DNA of 28,002 nucleotides from Archangium sp. (GTDB lineage Bacteria > Myxococcota > Myxococcia > Myxococcales > Myxococcaceae), in assembly GCA_031367385.1 (NCBI GenBank), contig JANLPS010000236.1, forward strand, positions 1-28,002, in the 5' to 3' direction. Below, piece after piece: positions 17,617 to 26,967 of the stretch (position 1 is the first letter of the stretch; each line of letters starts with the position of its first letter). A model generated the notes under the pieces. That model saw nothing but the letters and a program-made list of their open reading frames with translations, was not told where the DNA came from and searched no databases. The position numbers and the translations under genes are program-made.

Positions 17617-19389
17617 TCACGCCTCGAAATACCCGGCGGTTGCGTCGAGATAGCTGCGCTCGTTCGACTCGCAACGGGCCGCGATGGCGTCGAGGCGAGA
17701 CAGCTCGGTCACCTGCCAATACGACGACGCAGCCCGAAGCCCCTTGGCGAAGTCATCATTTCGCCCGTGCACCGCCACGGTCATCTTGAGCCACATCCAC
17801 CCGACTACCAGGGTCGAGCCATAGTCCAAGTAGTCAGAAGAATGGCTGAGCATGCCCTCGACGTCACCGCCGGCTCCGCGCGCGCCCAGCGAGGCGGTCA
17901 GCGAGAGAAACCGCTCGAGGCCGGCGCGAAGGGGGTCGCTCTGCAGCCCCACGGCGGCCGCCGCGTCGAGATCGCGTGACATCTCTTCATGCAGCACGCC
18001 CAGCGCGGCACCGTTGCCCGCGATGGCCTTTCGCCCGAGCAGATCAAGGCTCTGAATCGTTGTGGTGCCCTCGTGAATCGAGTTGAGCTTCTGCTCGCGG
18101 AGCCACGCCTCGGGCGGGTACTCGGTCGAATACCCGTAGCCGCCGTGTATCTGCAGGGCCAATGCGTTGGCCTCGAACCCCTTCTCAGCGGGAAACGACT
18201 TCGCCATCGGCGTGAGCAGGTCGAGCACCCACTTCGAGCGCTCTCGCGTGGTCGGGTCGACCGCGTGCTCGGAGAGATCAGCATAGCGAGCCGTCATCGC
18301 GAGCAAGCACAGCGCGCCTTCGACGATCGCTTTCTGTCGCAGCAGCATGCGCCGAACATCGGCGTGGTTGATCAACGTCACTGGCGGCTGGGTCGCGTCC
18401 GCATTTCCAACTGGGCGGCCCTGGCGTCGCTCCTGCGCCCACGCGACCGACTCGAGATAGGCCACCGACGCGGTGGCCGCGCCATTCACGCCGACCATGA
18501 TTCGCGCTTCGTTCATCATCTGAAACATGCAGCGCAGGCCTTGATTGGGAGCGCCCACCAAGTACCCGTGACAATCGGCTTCGTCTCCGAACGCCAGGGC
18601 CACGCTGGGCAGGCCGCGCCAGCCAATTTTATGAATGACTCCGCTGACTTGCACGTCGTTCGAGACCAAGGCGCCGCCCTCGAGGCGCAGCTTCGGTACC
18701 GCGAAGAGGGAGATGCCCTTGGTGCCCGCAGGAGCCCCTTCGATGCGAGCCAAGACCAGGTGCACGATGTTTTCGGTGAAGCTTTGATCTCCGCCTGAGA
18801 TGAAGATCTTCGCGCCGCTGATCAGGTGGTGCCTCTGCGCCGTCGGAGTCGCCTTCGACGTCACGTCAGCCAGGCTCGAGCCGGCTTGAGGCTCGGTCAG
18901 CGCCATGGTGCCCGACCACTGCCCCGAGTGCATCTTCGGCAAGAACATCGCCCGCACTGCGTCGCTGCCGAAGGTCTCGATCAGGTGCGCAGCGCCAGCG
19001 GTCAGGCCTGCGAACCCGTAGGCCGAGAGGTTCGCCGCCATCAGATACGCGCTCGAGAGCGTGGCCACGGTCAGGGGCAACTGCTGACCTCCGACCGCGG
19101 CGGGTCTCGTCGCAGAGAGCACGCCCAGCTCGATCAGCTGTTGCCATGCGCCCTGCATCAGCGGGTGCGTCTTCACCGCGCCGTTCACGAAGGTTGGAGG
19201 CTCGCTGTCCATCGGGCGCCAAGTTGCGAAGAGGCTCTCTCTCGCCACTCGGCGGTTGGCGTCGAGCCACGGCCCAATCGTCGCCCGGCCATGATCAGCA
19301 AACGCCGGCAGCTCGCACAGCTTTTCGACTTGAGCGACCTCGTAGAGCACGAAGTCGACGAATCGATCAGAGAGCAGCGGGTTGGTCAC
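17617..19389 (-). CDS. acyl-CoA dehydrogenase (long, about 590-aa type)
   Basis: [67 protein letters not shown] at 19389 overlapping the upstream TGA. Confidence 0.95.
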   Translation of the reverse strand: MTNPLLSDRFVDFVLYEVAQVEKLCELPAFADHGRATIGPWLDANRRVARESLFATWRPMDSEPPTFVNGAVKTHPLMQGAWQQLIELGVLSATRPAAVGGQQLPLTVATLSSAYLMAANLSAYGFAGLTAGAAHLIETFGSDAVRAMFLPKMHSGQWSGTMALTEPQAGSSLADVTSKATPTAQRHHLISGAKIFISGGDQSFTENIVHLVLARIEGAPAGTKGISLFAVPKLRLEGGALVSNDVQVSGVIHKIGWRGLPSVALAFGDEADCHGYLVGAPNQGLRCMFQMMNEARIMVGVNGAATASVAYLESVAWAQERRQGRPVGNADATQPPVTLINHADVRRMLLRQKAIVEGALCLLAMTARYADLSEHAVDPTTRERSKWVLDLLTPMAKSFPAEKGFEANALALQIHGGYGYSTEYPPEAWLREQKLNSIHEGTTTIQSLDLLGRKAIAGNGAALGVLHEEMSRDLDAAAAVGLQSDPLRAGLERFLSLTASLGARGAGGDVEGMLSHSSDYLDYGSTLVVGWMWLKMTVAVHGRNDDFAKGLRAASSYWQVTELSRLDAIAARCESNERSYLDATAGYFEA

Positions 19390-20651
19390 AGCGCGCCCGC
19401 GCGGCGATAGGCGGTCAGCAGGTTGGTGCTCTGATTGATAAGCCAGAAGGCGTCGGGCAGAGGCCCGGCGAGCCAATCAGTCGACGGCACCGGCTTGGGG
19501 AAAGCATCGATGCGAAAATCGGGCGCGTGAATCGTCAAGTACGACGTCGTGGTTTCGAAGTACGGCACCCCGACCGTCGACCGTGGCACGCCGGTGAAGA
19601 GATAGGCGAGTGAAGCGGCCGTCGGCAGCCCATTTGCGAAGCCGTAGCGCACGGTGCGTTCGGCCTCTCTGGCCCAGAAGCCGGCGCCGTCGGCAACCAC
19701 CTGGCTGCCAGCGACCGGCGTGCACGCTGACGTCGGAGGCTTGGTGCCAAGGCCGACCTGACACACCGAATTCTTGTTGAAAATGCCCGTGACGCCGTAC
19801 TGATCATTGCCGAGCGAGACCGCGCTCCCCGAGCTGATGCCACCCACCTCCGAAAAGGGAGTGCTCTCGCGGGTGATGACACCACCGGCGGCTAGGTAGC
19901 GATCGACGCTGGTCGCGCCGAAGAGAAGCAAGCCAGTCGCGGTGGGGACTGCGTTCGTGGAGTGCAGCTGCTCAGAGCCCACGACCAGGGTCTCTCGGAG
20001 CTCGAACGCCCCACTGCCGATGTCTTCGTAGCGAGTCACCGCTTCGCCACCCCAGACCCACAGCGAGGGCTGGGCATAGGCCACGGTCGGCGCGTTGGTG
20101 ATGGTGAACGTCTGGTTTTCAGTGGGGCGAACCACGGAGACCACCGAGCCGACCTGACAGAGCACCAGCGTGTCGGTGATGACCGTCGGGTCGCAGCCAG
20201 CCGGCATGAGCACATTGCTCAGAAATGGCTGATCACCGGTGTGGTCTTCGGCGACGCTCAGGTCACGGTGCGCGGCGCCGATCGAAGGCTCGAAGCGCGC
20301 GGTCAGGTAGTAGCTGCCTGGCACCTGTGGTGTGAAGGTGACGCTGGTGGTGTACCCGGTGCTGTCATCGGTGCCTGGCGCAGTCGCGGAGTGCTCGACC
20401 ATTCGGTTCGCCGAGTCGAATACCTCGGTGACCACAGACTTCGCGATGGGGTTGCCACTCGGGCAGGCGAAGGGCGGAGGCAAGGTCAACGTCACGGTTG
20501 CCTGCTTGTGATTGAGCAAGACAATCGGCACCACGGCGTCGCTGATCACCGTGCGCACGGTGCACGAATTGACGAAGATGTTGTCATTGCAGCCGAGCAC
20601 CCCGGCAACCGAGAGCAACAGGGTGAGCTGCATCGAGCGAAGAGCGTTCAT
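19386..20651 (-). CDS. lipoprotein, beta-rich hypothetical
   Basis: Lipobox LLLSVAGVLG-C; Thr/Ser/Val-rich beta-type composition. Confidence 0.8.
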   Translation of the reverse strand: MNALRSMQLTLLLSVAGVLGCNDNIFVNSCTVRTVISDAVVPIVLLNHKQATVTLTLPPPFACPSGNPIAKSVVTEVFDSANRMVEHSATAPGTDDSTGYTTSVTFTPQVPGSYYLTARFEPSIGAAHRDLSVAEDHTGDQPFLSNVLMPAGCDPTVITDTLVLCQVGSVVSVVRPTENQTFTITNAPTVAYAQPSLWVWGGEAVTRYEDIGSGAFELRETLVVGSEQLHSTNAVPTATGLLLFGATSVDRYLAAGGVITRESTPFSEVGGISSGSAVSLGNDQYGVTGIFNKNSVCQVGLGTKPPTSACTPVAGSQVVADGAGFWAREAERTVRYGFANGLPTAASLAYLFTGVPRSTVGVPYFETTTSYLTIHAPDFRIDAFPKPVPSTDWLAGPLPDAFWLINQSTNLLTAYRRAGAL

Positions 20652-20727
20652 GGGCGTGGCACGGCAGTGAAGGCTGAAAGGTATGGCTTGCGGCCCACGA
20701 TACCCGGGCCGGGCCGGCAGATGGGGT

Positions 20728-22077
20728 TCAGTCGTTGCCCTTGATGCAGGCGACAGGTGTCAGGCGTTTGTGCACGCGCGCGAGCCCGGCCAGCTCGACT
20801 GATTCGAGAACGTCGTCGAGGTTTTTGTAGCAGGGGCCTGACTCATCGAGCGGGGTGTTGCGGGTGTTGAGCAGCACGCCGAGCCTGGCCATGCGGAGGT
20901 CGGTGTCTTTCTGATTGAGGGCGCGCTTCGCCTGGGTGCGTGAGAGCTGCCGGCCCGCGCCGTGATTGACGGAGTAGAGCGACTCGCTCGCGCCTTGATC
21001 TGCGAAGAGAATGGCCGAGCCCGTCTCCATCGACCCGGGGATCAGAATGGGGTGGCCGGTGTGCTCCCAGGAGGTGCCCTTGAGCGCCGGGTGATCAGAA
21101 GGAAACGCCCTGGTCGCGCCTTTGCGGGCGATGAACTTGCCGTTTTCGCGCTGAATCAGGTTGTGGCTGATCTCGTAGTACACATGCGCCTCGCCGCCGA
21201 AGACCAGCTCGAGGGCCTCGCCCACCGCGTCGGCGATCAGCAGTCGATTGGCGATGGCGAAGTTGGCCGCCATGTTGTGCAGGTTCCAATAGTCGTGACC
21301 GATGGTCGAATCGGCGTCGAACCAGACGTGGTCTTCGCGGTTGCGGGCCAGCGCGAGCAGCTCGGCGCCCTGCACGAAGAATTGCTTCGCGATGTTCCAC
21401 CCGAAGCCACGGCTGCCGGTGTGCAGCATCACCCAGACCTTGTCGTCCTGGTCGACCTGCATCTCGCAGAAGTGGTTGCCTCCGCCGAGCGAGCCGAGCT
21501 GCGAGCGTTTGCTCCATGCGCGCTCGGGCACGTCGACGCAATCGTCATCGACCGGCAGGCTGGCGCGCTCAGCGACGTCGTTCGAGCGACCCAGCGCCTT
21601 GGCTCCGTGCCGCAGCACCTCGGGTACCAACTTGGCGCTGATCTTCTTCGAAGCCGACCCGCCGCCGATGCCGACGCCAATGCCGATGCGATTGATCACC
21701 TCATTGATCCACCGGCGGCGTTTCTCGGGGTCGGCCACGTCTTCACGGGTCAGCGTGGTGGCGAGCTGCACCATGCCGCAGCCGATGTCGTAACCGGCCG
21801 CGGTCGGCAGCAGCGTGCCCTCGGTTTCGATCGCGGTGCCAATCGGCACGCCGTAGCCAACGTGGCAATCAGGGGTGAGCACGACCCTGGTCGCGCCGGG
21901 AAAGGTGGTGGCGTTGACCACCTGGTCGAAGACGGCTTCTTCGACGCCAGAGCCGCCATCGGCCCCGAAGAGCAGCCGGTCGCTCAGAAACAGGTGGGCC
22001 TCGCAGCGCATGGCCTTGCGCTTGGGCAGCACCCAGTGACCCTCTGCCGCCTTTTCCAACGTTTGTTTCCAGCTCAT
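20728..22077 (-). CDS. rtcB: RNA 3'-phosphate/5'-OH ligase RtcB
   Basis: PDCHVGYGVPIG, GYDIGCG, GSLGGGNHF, HTGSRG, SHN, RKGA, PGSM, SVNHGAGR; ATG at 22077. Confidence 0.95.
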   Translation of the reverse strand: MSWKQTLEKAAEGHWVLPKRKAMRCEAHLFLSDRLLFGADGGSGVEEAVFDQVVNATTFPGATRVVLTPDCHVGYGVPIGTAIETEGTLLPTAAGYDIGCGMVQLATTLTREDVADPEKRRRWINEVINRIGIGVGIGGGSASKKISAKLVPEVLRHGAKALGRSNDVAERASLPVDDDCVDVPERAWSKRSQLGSLGGGNHFCEMQVDQDDKVWVMLHTGSRGFGWNIAKQFFVQGAELLALARNREDHVWFDADSTIGHDYWNLHNMAANFAIANRLLIADAVGEALELVFGGEAHVYYEISHNLIQRENGKFIARKGATRAFPSDHPALKGTSWEHTGHPILIPGSMETGSAILFADQGASESLYSVNHGAGRQLSRTQAKRALNQKDTDLRMARLGVLLNTRNTPLDESGPCYKNLDDVLESVELAGLARVHKRLTPVACIKGND

Positions 22078-22155
22078 GGCGCGCTCCGGGCCCTCTTGAC
22101 GAGCAAAAACGCCTGCTCTGACGGAGTGTATCGATGCGGCGCACACCGAAGGCGT

Positions 22156-22186
22156 TTGACAAGTCGAGGCCGCATGCGCTTTGAAT
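22156..22186 (+). promoter_or_regulatory. putative sigma70-type promoter of the trp operon
   Basis: Perfect TTGACA 22156-22161 and TTGAAT 22181-22186 (19-nt spacer, longer than optimal), 8 nt before ATG 22195, which has no SD; suggests a leaderless mRNA. Confidence 0.5.
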
Positions 22187-22194
22187 GCGCGACC

Positions 22195-22263
22195 ATGACA
22201 ACGCACTCCACCTCATCGACCTCGGCTGCACATCGGGCGGTGGTGGGTCTTTGGCAAAGCTGA
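22195..22263 (+). CDS. trp leader ORF (22 aa, MTTHSTSSTSAAHRAVVGLWQS); probable 0-frame part of a frameshifted trpE
   Basis: ATG 22195 to TGA 22261-22263; single Trp codon in the context GGT CTT TGG C. Confidence 0.6.
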   Translation: MTTHSTSSTSAAHRAVVGLWQS

Positions 22264-22291
22264 TCAGCTGAACCACGCGTACCCAATTCGG

Positions 22292-23668
22292 TTGGTGTTG
22301 CCGGCTGACACCGAGACGCCGGTCTCGGCGTTCTTGAAGCTCTCGGCGGGCTCGAAGCAGGCGTTTCTGCTCGAGTCGGTCGAGCATGGCGAACGGGTCG
22401 GCCGGTGGTCGTTCATTGGCGTTCACCCCCGCGCGGTGCACCGCTTCACCGTTGGTGCTTCTCCTTCGCCGTTCGACTTTCTGCAGTCGATGGTCGCCGA
22501 GCACCGGGGCACGCGCCCGCCCGGGTTTCCACCCCTCTGCGGGGGCGCTGTCGGTTTTCTCACCTACGACTGCGTGCAACGGCTCGAGCCTCGGGTGCAG
22601 CTGGCGAAGAAAGACGAGCTCGGGTTTCCCGAAGCGGTGTTCTTCGACGTCGATACGCTGGTCGCGTTCGACAACGCGCGGCGCGAAATGCAGCTGATCG
22701 CCCAAGTGCGGCCGAGCGATGGCCTGCCGCTGCCCCGGCTGATTCGCGAGGCCGAGGGGCGTCTCAGGGGGCTCCAACGCCTGCTGCTCCAGCCGTTCAA
22801 GCCGTTGATTTCGCGAACCTATTCGCTGCCAGTGCTCAAGCCACGGTCGACCAAGCCGGCGTTTCTGAAGGCGGTCGCCCAGGCGAAAGAATACGTTGCG
22901 GCAGGTGACTGCCAGCAGGTCGTGGTCTCGCAGCGGTTCGACGCAGAGACGGCGATACCGTCGGTGGCGTTGTACCGAGCGCTGCGTCGGGTCAACCCCT
23001 CGCCGTTCATGTTTTACCTGCGCGATGGCCAGCGAGAGCTGATCGGCGGGTCTCCCGAGCGGCTGGTGAAGGTCGAGGGTGACGTGGTGTCGGTGCGACC
23101 GATTGCCGGTACCCGTCGGCGGGGTGCGACGCCAGAAGACGATGCCCGGCTCGAGGCCGAGCTGATCAATGACGAGAAAGAAAACGCCGAGCACGTGATG
23201 CTGGTCGACCTGGGGCGCAACGACGTGGGCCGGGTCGCGCGCATCGGGTCGGTCAAGGTCGACGCGCTTCGAATCGTCGAGCGCTATTCACACGTGTTGC
23301 ACATGGTCTCGCAAGTGAGCGGGCGCCTGGCCGACGGCAAGACCAGCATCGACGCGTTGCGAGCCGCCTTCCCCGCGGGGACGCTGTCAGGGGCGCCAAA
23401 GGTGCGGGCGATGCAGATTATCGATGCGCTCGAGCCCTGCCGCCGTGGGCCTTACGGAGGCGCGGTCGGGTACGTCGATTCGAGCGGTGACCTGGACCTC
23501 GCGATCACCATTCGAACCTTCATGCGAAATGGTCGCCGACTGTCGGTTCAAGCCGGAGCAGGTATCGTTCACGACTCCGTGCCCGAGGCCGAGTTTCAAG
23601 AGACGTTGACCAAGGCGCGTGCTCTCTTCAACGCCGTGCATCTGGCGGCGAAGGGGGTGCTGCCATGA
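22292..23668 (+). CDS. trpE: anthranilate synthase component I (true N-terminus probably upstream; frame open from 22199)
   Basis: [75 protein letters not shown]. The first in-frame near-canonical start, TTG 22292, has no SD. Confidence 0.95.
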   Translation: MVLPADTETPVSAFLKLSAGSKQAFLLESVEHGERVGRWSFIGVHPRAVHRFTVGASPSPFDFLQSMVAEHRGTRPPGFPPLCGGAVGFLTYDCVQRLEPRVQLAKKDELGFPEAVFFDVDTLVAFDNARREMQLIAQVRPSDGLPLPRLIREAEGRLRGLQRLLLQPFKPLISRTYSLPVLKPRSTKPAFLKAVAQAKEYVAAGDCQQVVVSQRFDAETAIPSVALYRALRRVNPSPFMFYLRDGQRELIGGSPERLVKVEGDVVSVRPIAGTRRRGATPEDDARLEAELINDEKENAEHVMLVDLGRNDVGRVARIGSVKVDALRIVERYSHVLHMVSQVSGRLADGKTSIDALRAAFPAGTLSGAPKVRAMQIIDALEPCRRGPYGGAVGYVDSSGDLDLAITIRTFMRNGRRLSVQAGAGIVHDSVPEAEFQETLTKARALFNAVHLAAKGVLP

Positions 23669-24237
23669 TCGTGATCATCGACAACTACGACTCGTTCACC
23701 TTCAACCTGGTGCAGGAGATTGGGGTGCTGGGAGCGAGCTTTCGAGTGTTTCGAAACGACGCTGTGACGGTCGACGAGGTGTTGGCGATGAAGCCCGATG
23801 GCCTCTTGATCAGCCCGGGCCCGTGCTCGCCCAACGAGGCCGGCATCTCGGTCGAGCTGATCAAACGCGCGGCCGGCAAGGTGCCGGTGCTCGGCGTGTG
23901 CCTGGGGCACCAGGCCATCGGCGCGGCCTTCGGAGGCCGGGTGATTCGCAACGCTCGCATCGTTCACGGCAAGGCCTCGCCGGTACGGCATCGGGGCGCT
24001 GGCGTCTTTCGCGATCTCCCTTCACCGTTTCGCGCGGGCCGGTACCACTCGCTGGTCGTTGAAAAGGCGACCTTGCCCAAGGCGCTGCGAGTCACCGCGT
24101 GGACGGATGAGGGCGAGATTATGGGGCTGCGGCACTCGAAGTTCGACGTCGAGGGCGTGCAGTTTCACCCGGAGTCGATTCTCACTGAGCACGGGCGCAC
24201 CTTGCTGGGCAACTGGCTCGAGCGGAGCGTGCGATGA
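23665..24237 (+). CDS. trpG: anthranilate synthase component II (glutamine amidotransferase)
   Basis: [42 protein letters not shown] overlap with trpE. Confidence 0.95.
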   Translation: MIVIIDNYDSFTFNLVQEIGVLGASFRVFRNDAVTVDEVLAMKPDGLLISPGPCSPNEAGISVELIKRAAGKVPVLGVCLGHQAIGAAFGGRVIRNARIVHGKASPVRHRGAGVFRDLPSPFRAGRYHSLVVEKATLPKALRVTAWTDEGEIMGLRHSKFDVEGVQFHPESILTEHGRTLLGNWLERSVR

Positions 24238-24623
24238 TCGCGTCGGTGCGTAAGGCGCTGCGAGTCGTCAATTCATGCCGAGCGCGAGCCCGTGCTACTG
24301 CGTCAGCGGCGCGAGCCGAGCAAGCAATCACGAACACGCTCTTCGCGATGGAGCATGTGCGCGCGTCGATCAACAGAGGCGAGCGGAGTGCGACGTTGAA
24401 GACCGCGCGCACGGCGCTGCGAGTCGTCAACTCCTGCCGAGCGCGAGCTGCTGCGTCAGTGGCTCGAGCCGAGCACACAATGACGACCACGCTCGAAGCG
24501 ACGCAGCATGGGCGCGCGTTGACCGACGGCGGCCAGCGAAGCGCTCTGATCATGAATGCGACGGTGCAGACGCTGCGTGGGCGCGCGTCGCCGACCAACC
24601 GCGGGCAGAGGCGCTCACGATGA
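24234..24623 (+). CDS. repeat-derived Arg/Ala-rich ORF (129 aa) inside the trp operon
   Basis: ATGA overlaps with both the trpG stop and the trpD start; internal duplication [16 protein letters not shown]; no recognisable family. Confidence 0.45.
   Translation: MIASVRKALRVVNSCRARARATASAARAEQAITNTLFAMEHVRASINRGERSATLKTARTALRVVNSCRARAAASVARAEHTMTTTLEATQHGRALTDGGQRSALIMNATVQTLRGRASPTNRGQRRSR
24254..24560 (+). repeat. diverged tandem duplication, period about 159 bp
   Basis: GGCGCTGCGAGTCGTCAA(T/C)TC(A/C)TGCCGAGCGCGAGC at 24254 and 24413; similarity continues through GCGTCAG..GAGCCGAGCA..CACGCTC..AGCATG.GCGCGCGT. Confidence 0.85.
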
Positions 24624-26371
24624 TCAGCGCGATGCTCACGCGGGCGATTGCGGGGCACCGTCTGTCGCGAGACGAAATGGCCGAAGCGGTGACGCAGATG
24701 CTCGAGGGCCGCGCGACCGCCGTGCAAGTCGGGGCCCTGCTGGCAGTGCTCGCCTCGCGCGGTGAGACCGTCGATGAGCTGATCGGAGCGGTCACTGCAG
24801 TGCGTGCTCAAGCCCAGATGATCTCGGTGAAGCGGCCCATCTTCGTCGACACCTGCGGCACGGGCGGCGATGGCGCGGGCACCTTCAACATCTCGACCGC
24901 CTCCGCCATCGTCACCGCCGCCTGCGGAGTGACGGTCGCGAAGCACGGCAATCGCTCGGTCTCGTCGAGGTGCGGCTCGGCCGACGTGTTGGCAGCGCTC
25001 GGAGCGAACATCGAGCTCTCCGCGCCGCAGGTCGAAGCGTGTATTGCCGCGACACGACTGGGGTTCTTGTTCGCTCCAGCGCACCACCCGGCGTTTCGTC
25101 ACGTGGCCGCTGTGCGTCGGGAGCTCGGCGTGCGAACGCTCTTCAACCTGGTCGGGCCCCTCTCGAACCCAGCGGGAGCCAAGCGCCAGGTCATCGGCGT
25201 GTTCGACCCCAAGTGGGTGCCCCTGGTCGCGCAAGCCCTCGCCGCGCTGGGCGTCGAGCATGCCCTGGTCGTTCACGGCGCAGGCCTCGACGAGCTCTCA
25301 ATCAGCGGCGAGACGCTGGTTGAAGAGGTGCGGGGCACCGAGCGAACGGCGTATCGAGTCACGCCCGAGACAGTCGGCCTCGCACGGTCGCCGGTAGAGG
25401 CCCTCAAGGGCGGCTCAGCCGAAGAGAACGCAGCGATCATTCGGTCGGTGTTGTCGGGGGAGCTCGGAGCACGGCGCGACGTCGTGGTGTTCAATTCGGC
25501 CGCGGCGCTCCTGGTGGCCGGAAGAGTCGCGACGCTGAAGGAAGGGGTGACCCTCGCGGGCGAGGCCATTGATCTCGGCGCGGCGGAGCGGGTGCTCGAC
25601 CAATTCGTGCGCTTCACGAACAATGCGTTCACCACGCTCGACACGATCGTCTGCTCAGCCGAGCCCGAGGCGCTGATCAGCGAGACGCGGCGCTCGACCC
25701 GTTCGTTGTACGGCGCGTTGAGCCCAATCGGCGCGTCGCTCAAGGTGATCGCCGAGGTCAAACGCGCTTCTCCTTCAGCCGGAGCGATCGCCGACATCGC
25801 TGACCCTGTTTCATTGGCAGCCCGATACTCAGCCGCGGGTGCCGCGGGTGTCTCGGTGCTGACCGAGAAGAATCATTTCAAAGGCTCCCTGGCCGATCTG
25901 CTCGCCGTGTCGGCCGCGCCCCAAATGGCTCCGACGCTGCGAAAAGACTTCGTCACCCACCCTGCCCAGATCATCAATGCCCGTCGCAGCGGAGCCAGCG
26001 CAGTGCTGCTGATCGCCGCTGTGCTCGGCTCGAAGCTCAAGCACTTCATCTCGCTGTGCGAGAGCCACGAGATCGAGGCGCTGGTCGAAGTGCACGACGC
26101 CGAAGAGCTTGATCAGGCCCTCGCGGGCGGTGCGCACATCATCGGCATCAACCACCGAGATCTCCGGTCGTTCGAGATTGATCTGGGCTTATCAGCGCGG
26201 CTGATCCCCCGCATTCCCTCGTCGGTTCGGGTGGTGTGCGAGAGCGGCGTGAAGTCGCTCGACGATGCGAAGAAGCTTCGCGAGGGCGGTGCCTCGAACC
26301 TGCTGATTGGCGAATTTCTGGTGCGCAGCCCAGAGCCGGGCGCACTCATTCGCGCGCTGGGTGCTCTGTGA
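24620..26371 (+). CDS. trpD: fused anthranilate phosphoribosyltransferase / indole-3-glycerol-phosphate synthase (TrpD-TrpC, 583 aa)
   Basis: TrpD motifs DTCGTGGDG, FNIST, KHGNRSVSS, RTLFNLVGPL, GLDE, continuing without a stop into TrpC motifs IAEVKRASPS, VSVLTE, LRKDF, LVEVH, IGINHRDL, ESG. Confidence 0.93.
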   Translation: MISAMLTRAIAGHRLSRDEMAEAVTQMLEGRATAVQVGALLAVLASRGETVDELIGAVTAVRAQAQMISVKRPIFVDTCGTGGDGAGTFNISTASAIVTAACGVTVAKHGNRSVSSRCGSADVLAALGANIELSAPQVEACIAATRLGFLFAPAHHPAFRHVAAVRRELGVRTLFNLVGPLSNPAGAKRQVIGVFDPKWVPLVAQALAALGVEHALVVHGAGLDELSISGETLVEEVRGTERTAYRVTPETVGLARSPVEALKGGSAEENAAIIRSVLSGELGARRDVVVFNSAAALLVAGRVATLKEGVTLAGEAIDLGAAERVLDQFVRFTNNAFTTLDTIVCSAEPEALISETRRSTRSLYGALSPIGASLKVIAEVKRASPSAGAIADIADPVSLAARYSAAGAAGVSVLTEKNHFKGSLADLLAVSAAPQMAPTLRKDFVTHPAQIINARRSGASAVLLIAAVLGSKLKHFISLCESHEIEALVEVHDAEELDQALAGGAHIIGINHRDLRSFEIDLGLSARLIPRIPSSVRVVCESGVKSLDDAKKLREGGASNLLIGEFLVRSPEPGALIRALGAL

Positions 26372-26967
26372 TTCGCGTGAAGATCTGCGGTATCACTCGG
26401 CAAATCGATGCGACGCGGGCCTGCGATCTGGGTGCCGATGCCATCGGGCTCAACTTTTGGCCCAAGTCGAAGCGCTGCGTGACCGTGAGTGGCGCACGTA
26501 AAATCGTTCGAGCCGCCTCCCCGCTGGTCTGGGTGGTTGGGCTCTTCGTCAATGCGTCTCGCGACGAGATCAACGAGACGATCTCGAGGGTCGGCCTCAA
26601 CGCGATTCAGCTGCACGGTGACGAATCGGTGCGCGACACCACGGGGTACCCGGTGCCTGTCTTCAAAGCGGTGCACGTGAAAGACAAAGTGCCGACGATT
26701 CGGTTCAAGACGCCGCTCGTGCTCGACGCACAGCAACCCGGCTTCGGTGGCGGTGGTGTGGCATTCGACTGGTCTCTGGCTCGACAAATCGCCCGCGAGC
26801 ACGAGGTGCTGTTGGCCGGAGGCTTGACGAGCGACAACGTGGCGGCGGCCATCAACGCGGTGCGCCCGCTCGGCGTCGACGTGGCCAGCGGAGTGGAATC
26901 ATCTCCGGGAATCAAAGATCTGAAGCTGATGCGGCGATTCATCGAGGCCGCGAGGAGCACGACATGA
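26368..26967 (+). CDS. trpF: phosphoribosylanthranilate isomerase
   Basis: GTG at 26368 (GTGA overlap); [39 protein letters not shown]. Confidence 0.95.
   Translation: MIRVKICGITRQIDATRACDLGADAIGLNFWPKSKRCVTVSGARKIVRAASPLVWVVGLFVNASRDEINETISRVGLNAIQLHGDESVRDTTGYPVPVFKAVHVKDKVPTIRFKTPLVLDAQQPGFGGGGVAFDWSLARQIAREHEVLLAGGLTSDNVAAAINAVRPLGVDVASGVESSPGIKDLKLMRRFIEAARSTT

Noticed and set aside
20657..20672. TGGCACG as a sigma54 promoter
   Set aside because: No GC at -12 and it points away from any plausible downstream gene.
22238..22249. Tandem TGG TGG (RWWV) as a classical attenuator leader peptide
   Set aside because: These codons are in the trpE frame with no canonical start upstream (TGA at 22196) and no stop after them, and no terminator/U-tract follows. 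They are better explained as the SD-like GGTGGTG element, though an indel error cannot be excluded.
20962..23194. Long opposite-strand ORFs over rtcB and trpE (433 and 441 aa)
   Set aside because: Antisense shadows; only the last 22 codons of the 433-aa frame (from ATG 22195) are considered real.
24254..24560. CRISPR or IS interpretation of the repeat
   Set aside because: Only two long diverged copies with no unique spacers, no cas or transposase, and no evident terminal inverted repeats.
24275..24619. 115-aa N-terminal extension of TrpD
   Set aside because: TrpD similarity begins at ATG 24620, which overlaps the insert's stop; the extension is the repeat read in another frame.
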